DNA of 64,000 nt from an uncultured Actinomycetota bacterium (GCA_963838825.1 CAWISQ010000003.1:114440-178439); one strand, 5' to 3'; counted from the first letter of the stretch, positions 20,932-30,380 are shown. Notes: generated by a model from the sequence alone, not told the origin. Made by a program: numbers and translations.

Positions 20932-20970
20932 GCGCGCCCAGCACCCGGAACCCGGACTAGGATCGGCACG

Positions 20971-22074
20971 GTGACCTCGACGGTACGAGATACACCGCTG
21001 CGGGCGGTGCATGAACGACTCGGCGCGACAATGACCGACTTCGCGGGCTGGCTGATGCCGCTCAGGTACCAGGGCGAGACCGCCGAGCACCAGGCGGTGC
21101 GGAACTCGGCCGCCCTCTTCGATCTGTCCCACATGGGGGAGATCGCGGTGACCGGTCCCGGCGCGGGCGCGGCGCTCGACTACGCGGTCGTCGGCTGGCC
21201 GTCGAAGCTGGCGGTCGGCGCCGCCCGGTACACGATGCTGTGCGCGCCGGACGGCGGCATCCTCGACGACCTCATCATCTACCGGCAGGCGGACGAGCGG
21301 TTCCTGGTCGTCGCCAACGCCGCCAACACCGACGTCGTGCTGGCGGAGCTGCTCCAGCGGGTCTGCGGGGACGCGGTGGTGACGGACGAGACGGTCGAGA
21401 CCGGGCTCATCTCCATTCAGGGGCCCGACGCAGTCGGCCGGCTGGCCGCCGTGACCGATGTCCCGGTCGTCGACATGCGCTACTACAGCGGCGCCTACGG
21501 GTCGGTCGCGGGCCGCCCGGCCTGGGTCGCGCGGACCGGGTACACCGGCGAGGACGGCTTCGAGATCTTCTGCGCGGCGGCCGACGCCGAGCCGATCTGG
21601 GCCGCGCTCGCAGTCGACGGCCTGGCCCCGGCCGGGCTCGCGGCGCGCGATACGCTGCGGCTTGAGGCGGGGATGCCGCTGTACGGCAACGAGCTCGGCC
21701 CGGACCTGACCCCCTACGAGGCGGGGCTCGGGCGCGTGGTCCGACTCGACAAGCCAGGTGACTTCGTGGGCCGGGCGGCGCTCGCCGCCCGGGCCGCCGC
21801 CGGGCCCTCGAAGGTGCTGGTCGGGCTGGTCGTCCAGTCGCGGCGGGTGCCCCGGCACGGGTACCCGGTGGTCGCCGGGCCGGCTCTGGCCGAGTCGGCG
21901 CGGGTCGGCGTGGTGACCAGCGGCGGCCCGTCGCCCTCGCTCGGCCTGCCGATCGCGATGGCGTACGTGTCGGCCGACGCCGGCCCGGGGCCGTTTTCCA
22001 TTGACGTCCGGGGACGGGCCGAGCCCGCCTCGGTTACCGAGCTTCCGTTTTATGACAGGAGAAAGCGACGATGA
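20971..22074 (+). CDS. gcvT: Glycine cleavage aminomethyltransferase
   Basis: DFAGWLMP, FDLSHMGE, RTGYTGEDGFE, ARDTLRLEAG. Confidence 0.95.
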   Translation: MTSTVRDTPLRAVHERLGATMTDFAGWLMPLRYQGETAEHQAVRNSAALFDLSHMGEIAVTGPGAGAALDYAVVGWPSKLAVGAARYTMLCAPDGGILDDLIIYRQADERFLVVANAANTDVVLAELLQRVCGDAVVTDETVETGLISIQGPDAVGRLAAVTDVPVVDMRYYSGAYGSVAGRPAWVARTGYTGEDGFEIFCAAADAEPIWAALAVDGLAPAGLAARDTLRLEAGMPLYGNELGPDLTPYEAGLGRVVRLDKPGDFVGRAALAARAAAGPSKVLVGLVVQSRRVPRHGYPVVAGPALAESARVGVVTSGGPSPSLGLPIAMAYVSADAGPGPFSIDVRGRAEPASVTELPFYDRRKRR

Positions 22075-22460
22075 GCGTTCCCGCCGAGCTCAGGTACACG
22101 GCAGAGCACGAGTGGGTGGCGATCGCGGGCGAGACCGCCACGATCGGGATTACGGACTTCGCGGCGACGTCGCTCGGCGACGTGGTCTACGTCTCGCTGC
22201 CGGCCGTCGGCGCCACGGTCGGCGCGGATGACCCGTGCGGCGAGGTCGAGTCGTACAAGTCGGTGAGCGAGCTCTACTCCCCCGTGGACGGCGAGGTCAC
22301 CGAGGTCAACGAGGAGCTCAACGACGACCCGGCCCTCATCAACGCCGAGCCGTACGGCCTCGGCTGGATGTTCCGGGTGAAGCTGGCGCCGGGCGCGACC
22401 GAGCCGACCGGGCTGCTCTCGCCGGCCGAGTACGAAGAGCTCATCACGTCCGCTGGCTGA
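22071..22460 (+). CDS. gcvH: Glycine cleavage H protein
   Basis: HEW, IGITDFA, lipoyl-Lys motif EVESYKSVSELYSP, PYGLGW. Confidence 0.95.
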   Translation: MSVPAELRYTAEHEWVAIAGETATIGITDFAATSLGDVVYVSLPAVGATVGADDPCGEVESYKSVSELYSPVDGEVTEVNEELNDDPALINAEPYGLGWMFRVKLAPGATEPTGLLSPAEYEELITSAG

Positions 22461-22487
22461 CACGTCCGGCGCCGCCGCCCCGCTCGG

Positions 22488-22742
22488 TTACCGGCGCAGG
22501 CGGCGCCAGACCAGGTAGCAGGCGACGCCGACGGCCGCGAGCGCGACCGCGCCGCCGATCAGCGGGTCGACCTGGCTGATCCGCTCCTTGGCGCGGTCGC
22601 CCGCGCGCCGCGCGATGTTGCCGGGGGCGACCCGGTCGGCGATCTCGTCGATGGTCTGCGCGAGGTTGGCGCGGGTGCGCTCGATCTCGGTGACCAGTTC
22701 GCGCGGCGCGAGCGCGGTCGTGTCGGTGTCGGTCTCAGCCAT
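22488..22742 (-). CDS. DUF3618 protein with C-terminal TM helix
   Basis: EIERTRANLAQTIDEIADRVAP; TAGAGT 7 nt before ATG. Confidence 0.85.
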   Translation of the reverse strand: MAETDTDTTALAPRELVTEIERTRANLAQTIDEIADRVAPGNIARRAGDRAKERISQVDPLIGGAVALAAVGVACYLVWRRLRR

Positions 22743-22961
22743 GTGGGTCACTCTATAAGACCACTTTGCCCACTCGCGGTACCGGCGTGGTGACGCGCGC
22801 GCCGCAGCATGACCCGGCCAGGCCTTTTTCAATTGCTTATACAGATATCAATGTTATTAGCGTCTATATAAAAGTATTACATTCAGTGCAATATCCGCGT
22901 AAACCAGCCACTCCGATGGCCGCCCTGATTACCCTCGTGAGCAGCGACCCATGGGAGAATC

Positions 22962-24011
22962 ATGCGGCTTATCAACAAACTTGCATATTGCCTGGCAGCG
23001 ACCATTCCGGTGGCCATCCTCGCGGGCTGCTCGGGCGCGAGTTCCAGTGGCGGCGGCGGGCCGCTCGAGAGCTCGACCATCGTCATCGACGCGGTGCCGA
23101 CGGCGGACGCGGCCGGCCTTTACATCGCCCAGGACGACGGGTTCTTCGCCAAGCAGGGGCTGACGGTGAAGATCGCTCCGATCAACGGCGGCGAGTACGG
23201 AATGGGAGACCTGCAGACCGGCCGGGCCGACCTCATCGAGGGCAACTACGTCTCGTTCATCCTCGCCCAGGTCGCGGGCAAGTTCGCGGCGCCCGACCCG
23301 AACAATCCCACCGGTCCCCTGCAGCCGGTCAAGCCGATCGACATGAGCATCATCGCCGACGCGTCGCAGATGCAGCCGGGCAACCAGGGGCTGTACGTGA
23401 TGCCCGGCACCCGCTACAAGACGGTGGCGAACATCGCCGATGATCACGCGACGGTCGGCGTCAACACGCTCCACAACATCGGGTCGGTGCTGCTCGGCTC
23501 GCTGCTGACCGCGAAGGGGTTCAGCCCGGGCTCGGTCACCCAGAAGCCCGAGCCGCTTCCGTTTATGCCGCAGCTGCTCGCCCAGCACAAGATTCAGACG
23601 GCGTGGCTGCCAGAGCCGTTCGGCACCGAGGCCCAGGAGGAATACGGGGCCGTGGAAATCGCCGACTTCGACCAGGGGTCGCTGCAGAACTTCCCCATCG
23701 GCACGATCGTCGGCAGTGCCCAGTGGGTGAAGATGCACCCCAATACGATCACGGCGTTCCTGCGCGCCTACGACCAGGGCCAGCAGATCGCGGACACCGA
23801 CCGGAGCGCGGTGGAAAAGGCGCTCGTGATCAACACTCACGTGTCGCAGCTCGTCGCCGCGAACATGACGCTGGACACGTACCCGCTGGCCATGGACGTC
23901 CCCGTCATGCAGCGGGTGCCCGACGCGATGTTCCAGTTCCACGTGCTCGGCGCGCACTACAACATCACGAACATGATCCAGTCCGAGCCCGGCGAGATCG
24001 GCGGATCCTGA
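22962..24011 (+). CDS. Lipoprotein solute-binding protein, NitT/TauT (NMT1/SsuA-like), paralog 1
   Basis: Lipobox LAGC; GFFAKQGLTV, GNYVSF, WLPEPF, AFLRA. Confidence 0.85.
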   Translation: MRLINKLAYCLAATIPVAILAGCSGASSSGGGGPLESSTIVIDAVPTADAAGLYIAQDDGFFAKQGLTVKIAPINGGEYGMGDLQTGRADLIEGNYVSFILAQVAGKFAAPDPNNPTGPLQPVKPIDMSIIADASQMQPGNQGLYVMPGTRYKTVANIADDHATVGVNTLHNIGSVLLGSLLTAKGFSPGSVTQKPEPLPFMPQLLAQHKIQTAWLPEPFGTEAQEEYGAVEIADFDQGSLQNFPIGTIVGSAQWVKMHPNTITAFLRAYDQGQQIADTDRSAVEKALVINTHVSQLVAANMTLDTYPLAMDVPVMQRVPDAMFQFHVLGAHYNITNMIQSEPGEIGGS

Positions 24012-24140
24012 GACTAATTATTTGCCTGGATATTAGCCGCCAACCAGGCAATATGGACATTTACCATAAAAGATAAAGCCCCCTGAATTGCCGGTGCAAT
24101 TGCAATAGCCTCGGTGCCATACGGCAAGGGGGCTTGCATA

Positions 24141-25169
24141 GTGCTTATCAATAGGGTGGCTTACTGGGGCATGGCCGTGGCCGCGGTCGTGGCGATCGGC
24201 AGCCTGGCGGGCTGCTCGGCCGGCGCCAGCGCGGCGGCCGGCGGGCACGCCGAGACGGCCGTGATCACGGTCGACTCGGTCCCCGCGTCAGAAGAAGGCG
24301 GCCTCTACGTCGCGGCCTACGAGGGGTTCTTCGCCCAGCAGGGACTCACGGTCAAGATCAAGCCGATCACCGGCGGCGAGGCGGGCATCCCCGACCTGCA
24401 GGCGGGGCGGGCCGACCTGGTGGCCGGCAACTACGTGTCGTTCATCCTGGCGCAGATGGCGGGCAAGTTCGACGGCAAGCCGGCCAGCATGCGGATCATC
24501 GCCGCCGGGTCCGAGCTCCAGCCCGGCAGCGAGGCGCTGTACGTGATGCCCGGCTCGAGGTTCAAGACCGTCGCCTCGCTCGGGCAGTACCACGCCCGGG
24601 TGGGACTGAACACGTCCAACGACGTGGGCGACGTGATGGTCGGGGCGCTGCTGAAGGACACCGGCTACACGCTGAAGGACGTCAGGCAGGTGATCCCCGC
24701 GGGCGGCTTTCCCGCCCTGCTGAAGATGCTGCCGGCCGGGAAGGTCGACGCGATCTGGCTGCCCGAGCCGCTCGGCACGATCGCCGAGCAGGAGCTCGGC
24801 GCGGTGCCGCTGGCCGACTTCGACCAGGGATCGATGCAGAACTTCCCCTTCACCGGCTACATCGGGACCACCCAGTGGGTGCGGACCCACGCCGGCACCG
24901 TCGCCGCGTTCCTGCGCGCGCTGGCCGAGGGCCAGGAGCTGGCCGACACCGACCGCGCGGCGGTGGAGTCGGCGATGGAGAAGTACACCGGCATCTCGCC
25001 CCTGGTGGCCGACAACATGTCGATCGACAGCTACCCGCTGGCGATGGACCTGCCGGAGCTGCAGCGGGTGCCCGACTCGATATTCGAGTACGGCCTGACG
25101 CCGGGCGCGAAGAGCGCGTACCAGATAGCCAAGATGGTCCAGCCCGAGCCGGGCCTGATCAGCGGCTAG
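24141..25169 (+). CDS. Lipoprotein solute-binding protein, NitT/TauT, paralog 2
   Basis: GTG start gives MLINRVAY, matching MRLINKLAY of paralog 1, with SD AAGGGGG; lipobox LAGC; GFFAQQGLTV, GNYVSF, WLPEPL. Confidence 0.85.
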   Translation: MLINRVAYWGMAVAAVVAIGSLAGCSAGASAAAGGHAETAVITVDSVPASEEGGLYVAAYEGFFAQQGLTVKIKPITGGEAGIPDLQAGRADLVAGNYVSFILAQMAGKFDGKPASMRIIAAGSELQPGSEALYVMPGSRFKTVASLGQYHARVGLNTSNDVGDVMVGALLKDTGYTLKDVRQVIPAGGFPALLKMLPAGKVDAIWLPEPLGTIAEQELGAVPLADFDQGSMQNFPFTGYIGTTQWVRTHAGTVAAFLRALAEGQELADTDRAAVESAMEKYTGISPLVADNMSIDSYPLAMDLPELQRVPDSIFEYGLTPGAKSAYQIAKMVQPEPGLISG

Positions 25170-25275
25170 ACCGCCGGTCCGATTTTCCACAAATAACCGA
25201 CTTCTAAATAGATGCTGGTTTATCCTTCCTGGGGCATAGATGTTGATCTGTGCCGAGCTCAGGTGAGGGGTTCCA

Positions 25276-26373
25276 GTGATCGGCAAGGGCAAGTGGGGAC
25301 ACGCCGCGACTGCGGTGGCGCTGACGGCGGTCGCGGCGCTGGCGGCGGGCTGCTCCGCGAGCGGCGGGTCCGGCGGCGGCTCTATCGCCGGCAGCCTGCC
25401 GACGAACTACGGCCCGGCCGAGCAGACCACGCTCAACGTCGGCGTGGTGCCGGCCATGGACTCGGCCGGGTTCTTCGTCGCGCTGAACGAGGGCCTGTTC
25501 ACCAAGGAAGGCCTGAAGATCAACTACACGGCCGCCACCAGCTCCGAGACGGCGATCCAGCAGCAGGTCAAGGGCCAGCTTCAGATCACCGCCGGCAACT
25601 ACGTCTCCTATGTCGAGGCGGTGGCGCAGGACCACGACCCGCTCGAGATCGTCTCCGAGGGGTCGGTCATGCAGCAGGGCGCGCAGGTGATCTTCACCCT
25701 GCCGAAGTCCCACATCAGCACGCTCTCCCAGCTCAAGGGCAAGCTGGTCGGGGTGAACGCGCCGGACAACATCGACTACCTGCTCGACGTGTCGGTGCTC
25801 AAGGAGAACGGCATCGACACCAACGACGTGAAGTTCCCCGCCGCCACGGACAAGGACTTCGCCACCACTGACGGCGCCATCCCGTTCCCGGAGATGGCGG
25901 GCGACCTCGCGTCGGGCAAGATCGCCGCCGCCACCATGCCGGAGCCGTTCGCCAGCATCGCCGAGCAGCAGTACGGCGCGGTGCCGCTGGCCGACCTGAA
26001 CCAGGGCGCCACCACGGACTTCCCGATTGAGGGGTACGTGGTCACCAAGGCGTGGGCCGAGGCGAACCCGAACACGCTCCAGCGGTTCCTGGCCGCGCTG
26101 TCGGACGGCCAGGAAATCGCCGACACCAACCGCTCTGCGGTCGAGAACGCGTTCGAGGGGCTGGATGGCGCGCCGAAGGGCCAGGTGCCGAGCACCATCG
26201 CCGCCGTGATGGCGCTCGACACGTACCCGATCGGCATCGACGTGACCCGACTGCAGCGCGTCGCAGACGTCATGTACCAGTTCAACCTGCTGCCCTCGGC
26301 CTACAACGTGAACAACATGATCATGCCGTCGCAGGACTTCAACTTCTCCCCGTTCTCGGCCGCCGGGACGTAG
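25276..26373 (+). CDS. Lipoprotein solute-binding protein, NitT/TauT, paralog 3
   Basis: Lipobox LAAGC; GLFTKEGL, GNYVSY, MPEPF, DTYP, LQRV shared with paralogs 1 and 2. Confidence 0.85.
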   Translation: MIGKGKWGHAATAVALTAVAALAAGCSASGGSGGGSIAGSLPTNYGPAEQTTLNVGVVPAMDSAGFFVALNEGLFTKEGLKINYTAATSSETAIQQQVKGQLQITAGNYVSYVEAVAQDHDPLEIVSEGSVMQQGAQVIFTLPKSHISTLSQLKGKLVGVNAPDNIDYLLDVSVLKENGIDTNDVKFPAATDKDFATTDGAIPFPEMAGDLASGKIAAATMPEPFASIAEQQYGAVPLADLNQGATTDFPIEGYVVTKAWAEANPNTLQRFLAALSDGQEIADTNRSAVENAFEGLDGAPKGQVPSTIAAVMALDTYPIGIDVTRLQRVADVMYQFNLLPSAYNVNNMIMPSQDFNFSPFSAAGT

Positions 26374-26390
26374 CCCGTAGGATCCCGTCT

Positions 26391-27899
26391 ATGGCGGGAA
26401 CCAGCCAGTTCGGACTTATCGTGGCGGTGATCGGCCTGGCCGGGACCGCCGCGGTGCTCTCCAACCGGCTGAGCGCGCGGCTGCGGGTCCCCGCGCCCGC
26501 GTTCTTCCTCGTCGCGGCCGTGATCGCCGCGCAACTGTGGCCGCAGGCGTCGCTGTCGTCGGCGGGCACGGTGCTGCCCGCCGGCACGGTCGAGCACGTG
26601 GTCACACTGGCGCTCGCGTTCATCTTGTTCGACGGCGGCATGCACATCGGCCGGCGGCGGTTCCGCACCGCGGCCGCCGCCATCGTCTGGACCGGGGTCG
26701 CGGGAACGCTGGTGGCCGCCGCGGGCACCACCGTGGCCGCCCACTACGTCGCGGGCATGGGCTGGCACCTGGCGCTGCTGGTCGGCACCGCGGTGGCCGC
26801 GACCGACCCGGCGGTGGTGTTCTCGGTCTTCGGCCGCCGGGAGATCGCCGGCCGGACCGGGGTGCTGCTCGAGGGCGAGTCGGGCGCCAACGACCCGGTC
26901 GGGATCGCGCTGCTGACCGCGCTGCTGGCGGCGCACGGCGGCGCCGGCGCCATCATCGGGCACGTGGTGGCCGAGTTCGCGCTGCAGATGACCGTCGGGG
27001 TGGCGGTCGGGGTCGCGGGCGGACTGGCGCTGCTCGCGTTCATGCGCCGGGTGCCGCTGCCGAGCGAGGGGCTCTACTCGCCCCGGGTGCTGGCCGGCGT
27101 GCTGGTGATCTTCGGCGTCGCCACCGTCGCCCAGGGCTCGGGGTTCCTCGCGGTCCTGGTGGCCGGGATCATCATCGGCGACGAGCCCGCACCCTACAAG
27201 CGGGAGATCGCGCGGTTCCACTCCTCGCTCGCCAGCCTGGCCGAGATCGTCGCGTTCACCATGCTCGGGCTCACGATGCGGCTGTCCGAGCTGGCGAGCA
27301 AGTCCGCCTGGGCGGACGGTCTGGCGCTGGCGGTGCTGCTGACGTTCGTGATCCGCCCGGTGCTCGGCGGCCTGGTCCTGCTGCCGGTCCGCCTGACGAT
27401 GCGGGAGCGGGTGTTCTTCCTCTGGACCGGGCTCAAGGGGGCGGTGCCGATCCTGCTCGGGCTGGCCATCCTCGACTCCGGGACAGCCGGCGCCATGCAG
27501 GCCTATCAGGTGATCTTCGTCATCGTCGGCTTCTCGGTCACCGTGCAGGGCGGCCTGGTTCCTGCGCTCGCCCACCGGCTCAGGATCCCGCTGCGGACGG
27601 TCGAGCCCGAGCCGTGGTCGCTCGGCGTCCGCTTCAGCGAGGAGCCGGAGGGGCTGCACCGCTACCACGTGGCCGCCGGCGCCGCGGCCGACGGCAGCGC
27701 GGTCGGCGATCTGCCCTGCGGCGAGGACGCCTGGGTCAGCCTGGTCATCAGGGACGGCGCCCTGCTGGCGGTCGGCGGCGACACCACCATGCGGGCCGGG
27801 GACGACGTCCTCGTTCTGGCCGACCCGGACGGCGCCGCGGACCTCGAGCGCTACTTCACCGACCCCGCGCCCCCCGCGCGCCCCAAGAGCCGCCCCTAG
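26391..27899 (+). CDS. CPA1 K+/H+ antiporter (NhaP2/CvrA-like) with C-terminal RCK_C/TrkA-C domain
   Basis: ILFDGG, ATDPAVVFSV, EGESGANDP, GSGFLAV, GLKGAVPI; TAGGAT 7 nt before ATG. Confidence 0.88.
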   Translation: MAGTSQFGLIVAVIGLAGTAAVLSNRLSARLRVPAPAFFLVAAVIAAQLWPQASLSSAGTVLPAGTVEHVVTLALAFILFDGGMHIGRRRFRTAAAAIVWTGVAGTLVAAAGTTVAAHYVAGMGWHLALLVGTAVAATDPAVVFSVFGRREIAGRTGVLLEGESGANDPVGIALLTALLAAHGGAGAIIGHVVAEFALQMTVGVAVGVAGGLALLAFMRRVPLPSEGLYSPRVLAGVLVIFGVATVAQGSGFLAVLVAGIIIGDEPAPYKREIARFHSSLASLAEIVAFTMLGLTMRLSELASKSAWADGLALAVLLTFVIRPVLGGLVLLPVRLTMRERVFFLWTGLKGAVPILLGLAILDSGTAGAMQAYQVIFVIVGFSVTVQGGLVPALAHRLRIPLRTVEPEPWSLGVRFSEEPEGLHRYHVAAGAAADGSAVGDLPCGEDAWVSLVIRDGALLAVGGDTTMRAGDDVLVLADPDGAADLERYFTDPAPPARPKSRP

Positions 27900-28114
27900 C
27901 AGTCCGCCCGGCCGACCCTGGCCGCGACTTCGAGCTCACCGTGTGCCGTTGGGGGCACGCGACATCGCCCTCAACCGTCAGCGTGTGCACCTCGGGTCGC
28001 GGGGCGCCCCCAACTCCCCACGCTCACACAATTTCCGGCAGGCCGACCAACCAGTGGTGGCAATGTTGCAGGTGGGGTTCGTGAGACTGACTCTGGGGTG
28101 GGGGGGTTGAACCA

Positions 28115-28200
28115 TGGTGCGGGCGAAGGGACTTGAACCCCCACGGTGTTGCCACCAACAGGACCTAAACCTGCCGCGTCTGCCATTTCGCCACGCCCGC
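28115..28200 (-). tRNA. tRNA-Leu (anticodon TAG)
   Basis: Reverse complement GCGGGCGTGGCGAAATGGCAGACGC-GGCAGGTT[TAG]GTCCTGT, long variable arm, GGTTCAAGTCC, ends CGCCCGCACCA with encoded CCA. Confidence 0.96.
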
Positions 28201-28211
28201 GCGTTGCTTTT

Positions 28212-28682
28212 CTATACTCCCAGATCCTTGCGGAGCCGTTCGACATGGCCGGTTGCCTTGACGGCGTACAGGGCCTTCTCGATCTTGCCGTCGGCGTCAA
28301 TGACGAACGTGGAGCGGATAACGCCCATGATCGTCTTGCCGTAGTTCATCTTCTCGCCGTAGGCGCCGTACGCGGTCAGGACCGACTTGTCCTGGTCGGA
28401 CAGGAGCGGGAAGGTGATCTGCTCCTTCTCGCGGAACTTGGCCAGCTTGGCCGGGGCGTCCGGGGAGATGCCGAGCACCGCCAGCCCGAGCTTGCCGAAG
28501 TCGGGCATGGCGGCGGTGAAATCACACGCCTGCTTGGTGCAGCCGGGGGTGAGCGCGGCCGGGTAGAAGTAGACGATCACCCGCTGACCGCGCAGCGACG
28601 ACAGCGAGATCTGGTTGCCGTCGGCGTCCGGCAGCGTGAAATCGGGCGCCTCATCGCCCGGCTCGAGCCGTACTCCGGCCAC
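28212..28682 (-). CDS. bcp: Thioredoxin-dependent peroxiredoxin BCP
   Basis: APDFTLPD, YFYPAALTPGCTKQACDF, RSTFVID. Confidence 0.95.
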   Translation of the reverse strand: MAGVRLEPGDEAPDFTLPDADGNQISLSSLRGQRVIVYFYPAALTPGCTKQACDFTAAMPDFGKLGLAVLGISPDAPAKLAKFREKEQITFPLLSDQDKSVLTAYGAYGEKMNYGKTIMGVIRSTFVIDADGKIEKALYAVKATGHVERLRKDLGV

Positions 28683-28826
28683 TGGGCCTCCCCTCCTATG
28701 ATGCGGGTCCGCCCATACGCTATCGCATTACGGCGGGCTCGTTTCTGAGCGAGGTTTTGCGGTGCCGCATAGGGTAGCCGTGGGCACGGGGTCGCGTGAC
28801 TGAGCCGGATTTGTGGAGGGTTTCTG

Positions 28827-29729
28827 ATGAGTGCGCGCACTACTCGGTCGTCGATTTACGCGGCCGGGCTCACGGTAATCCTGGCGGCGGCCCTGGCGGG
28901 CTGCGCCGCGGCCAGCTCGGGGGCCGGCCCAACGGCATCGGCATCCGCTCAGCTGCCAGGCACGGCGGCGGCGTCCAGCCCGCTCGACGCGGTGCAGCTG
29001 GCCGCGAAGACCACCGGCGGCGCGAGCTCCTTCACCGGGACGATGAGCGTGCAGGCGACCGCCAAGCCGGGCGCGGCGAGCAGCGGCAACGTCTCCATGA
29101 CGGCGTCGATGGCCGAGCAGCTGCGCCCCTCGCTGCTGGCCGAGGCGCAGATCGGGACGCTCAGCGTGGCCGGCCAGTCGCTGCCCGGCGGCCTGTCCGA
29201 GATCATCACGCCGGGCAATCTCTACCTGAAGTGGTCGGTCCTCACCCAGGAGCTGCACGCGGGCAAGCCGTGGCTGGTGATACCGGTGTCGGCCCTGAGC
29301 AAGAGCAGCGGGGTGGACCTCAGCCAGCTCTTCAGCCAGGCCACCAGCACCAGCCCGCTCAACGAGTCGCAGCTGCTCACCGGCGCCAGCGGCGTGCGCA
29401 AGGTGGGGACCGGGACCATGGACGGCGTCCCGGTGACCGAGTACACCGGGACCGTATCCCTCGATAAGGGGATCCAGTACCTCACCGGCAGCGCCAAGGC
29501 CGCGATGCAGAAGCAGATCACCGCGGCCGGCCTGACCACGGCGACGTTCACCGTCTGGGTCGACGGGCAGCGGGTGATGCGGAAGGCCGTCATCACCGAG
29601 AACGGCACCGCCGTGACCGAGGTCGTCACGGTCGCGATCAGCACCATCAACCAGCCGGTTAACATCCAGGTTCCGGCGGCCGGCCAGACCACCGCGCTGC
29701 CGAGCGGCGCCCTCGGCCGGGTCGGCTAG
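28827..29729 (+). CDS. Putative lipoprotein (LppX/LprAFG-like fold suspected)
   Basis: Lipobox LAGC, Ala/Ser linker, GKPW, VRKVGT, VWVD, INQPVNIQVP; fold assignment is inference. Confidence 0.7.
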   Translation: MSARTTRSSIYAAGLTVILAAALAGCAAASSGAGPTASASAQLPGTAAASSPLDAVQLAAKTTGGASSFTGTMSVQATAKPGAASSGNVSMTASMAEQLRPSLLAEAQIGTLSVAGQSLPGGLSEIITPGNLYLKWSVLTQELHAGKPWLVIPVSALSKSSGVDLSQLFSQATSTSPLNESQLLTGASGVRKVGTGTMDGVPVTEYTGTVSLDKGIQYLTGSAKAAMQKQITAAGLTTATFTVWVDGQRVMRKAVITENGTAVTEVVTVAISTINQPVNIQVPAAGQTTALPSGALGRVG

Positions 29730-29774
29730 CCCCGCCGCCGGTTCCCGCGCCGACACCAGGGCCGGCGGCGGCAG

Positions 29775-30380
29775 CTAGGCGTGGGCGGCGATGAGCGGGG
29801 CGATGGCGCGGAAGGCGCGGCCGCGGTGGCTGATCGCGTCCTTCTCGGCCGGCGCGAGCTCGGCCGTGGTGGCGGACAGGCCCTCGGGGACGAAGATCGG
29901 GTCGTAGCCGAAGCCGTTGCCGCCGCGCCGGGCGCGGGTGAGGGTGCCGGCCAGCACGCCCGTCGCGGTCCACTCCTGGCCGCCCGGGAGCGCCAGCGCG
30001 GCCACGCAGACGAACGCGGCCCCGCGCTCCTCGACGTCCGCGAGCTGGCCGAGCAGCAGCTCCAGGTTGGCGTCGTCGTCGCCGTGCCTGCCCGCCCAGC
30101 GGGCCGACAGCACCCCGGGCATGCCGTGCAGCGCGTCCGCGGCCAGGCCGGAGTCGTCGGACACGGCCGGCCGCCCGGTGCAGGCCGCGATCGCGCGGGC
30201 CTTCAGCAGCGCGTTGTCGGCGAACGTGAGGCCGGTCTCGGGCACGTCGGGCGCGTCGGGGAACGCCTCAAGGCCGACGATCTCGACCCCGCCGCCGACG
30301 TCGGCCAGGATCCGGTTCAGCTCCGCGATCTTGCCCGCGTTCCTGGTGGCGAGCACCACCTGGCGGGCGGCGTCAGCCAC
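29775..30380 (-). CDS. rdgB: Non-canonical purine NTP pyrophosphatase
   Basis: [33 protein letters not shown]. Confidence 0.95.
   Translation of the reverse strand: MADAARQVVLATRNAGKIAELNRILADVGGGVEIVGLEAFPDAPDVPETGLTFADNALLKARAIAACTGRPAVSDDSGLAADALHGMPGVLSARWAGRHGDDDANLELLLGQLADVEERGAAFVCVAALALPGGQEWTATGVLAGTLTRARRGGNGFGYDPIFVPEGLSATTAELAPAEKDAISHRGRAFRAIAPLIAAHA

Noticed and set aside
20932-20970. Glycine riboswitch upstream of gcvT
   Set aside because: Only 39 nt of spacer, with a -10 box 7 nt before the GTG; no aptamer motifs.
18991-21858. Long antisense or alternative-frame ORFs (646 aa, 655 aa and many similar ones in the track)
   Set aside because: Shadow ORFs expected at this GC content; Arg/Pro/Gly-rich, without motifs, and overlapping well-supported genes. 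Only the 20014-20931 part is a real gene.
28115-28200. tRNA-Leu as the boundary of a genomic island containing the SBP array
   Set aside because: No integrase, no visible duplicate of the tRNA 3' end, and codon usage of the SBP genes looks native.
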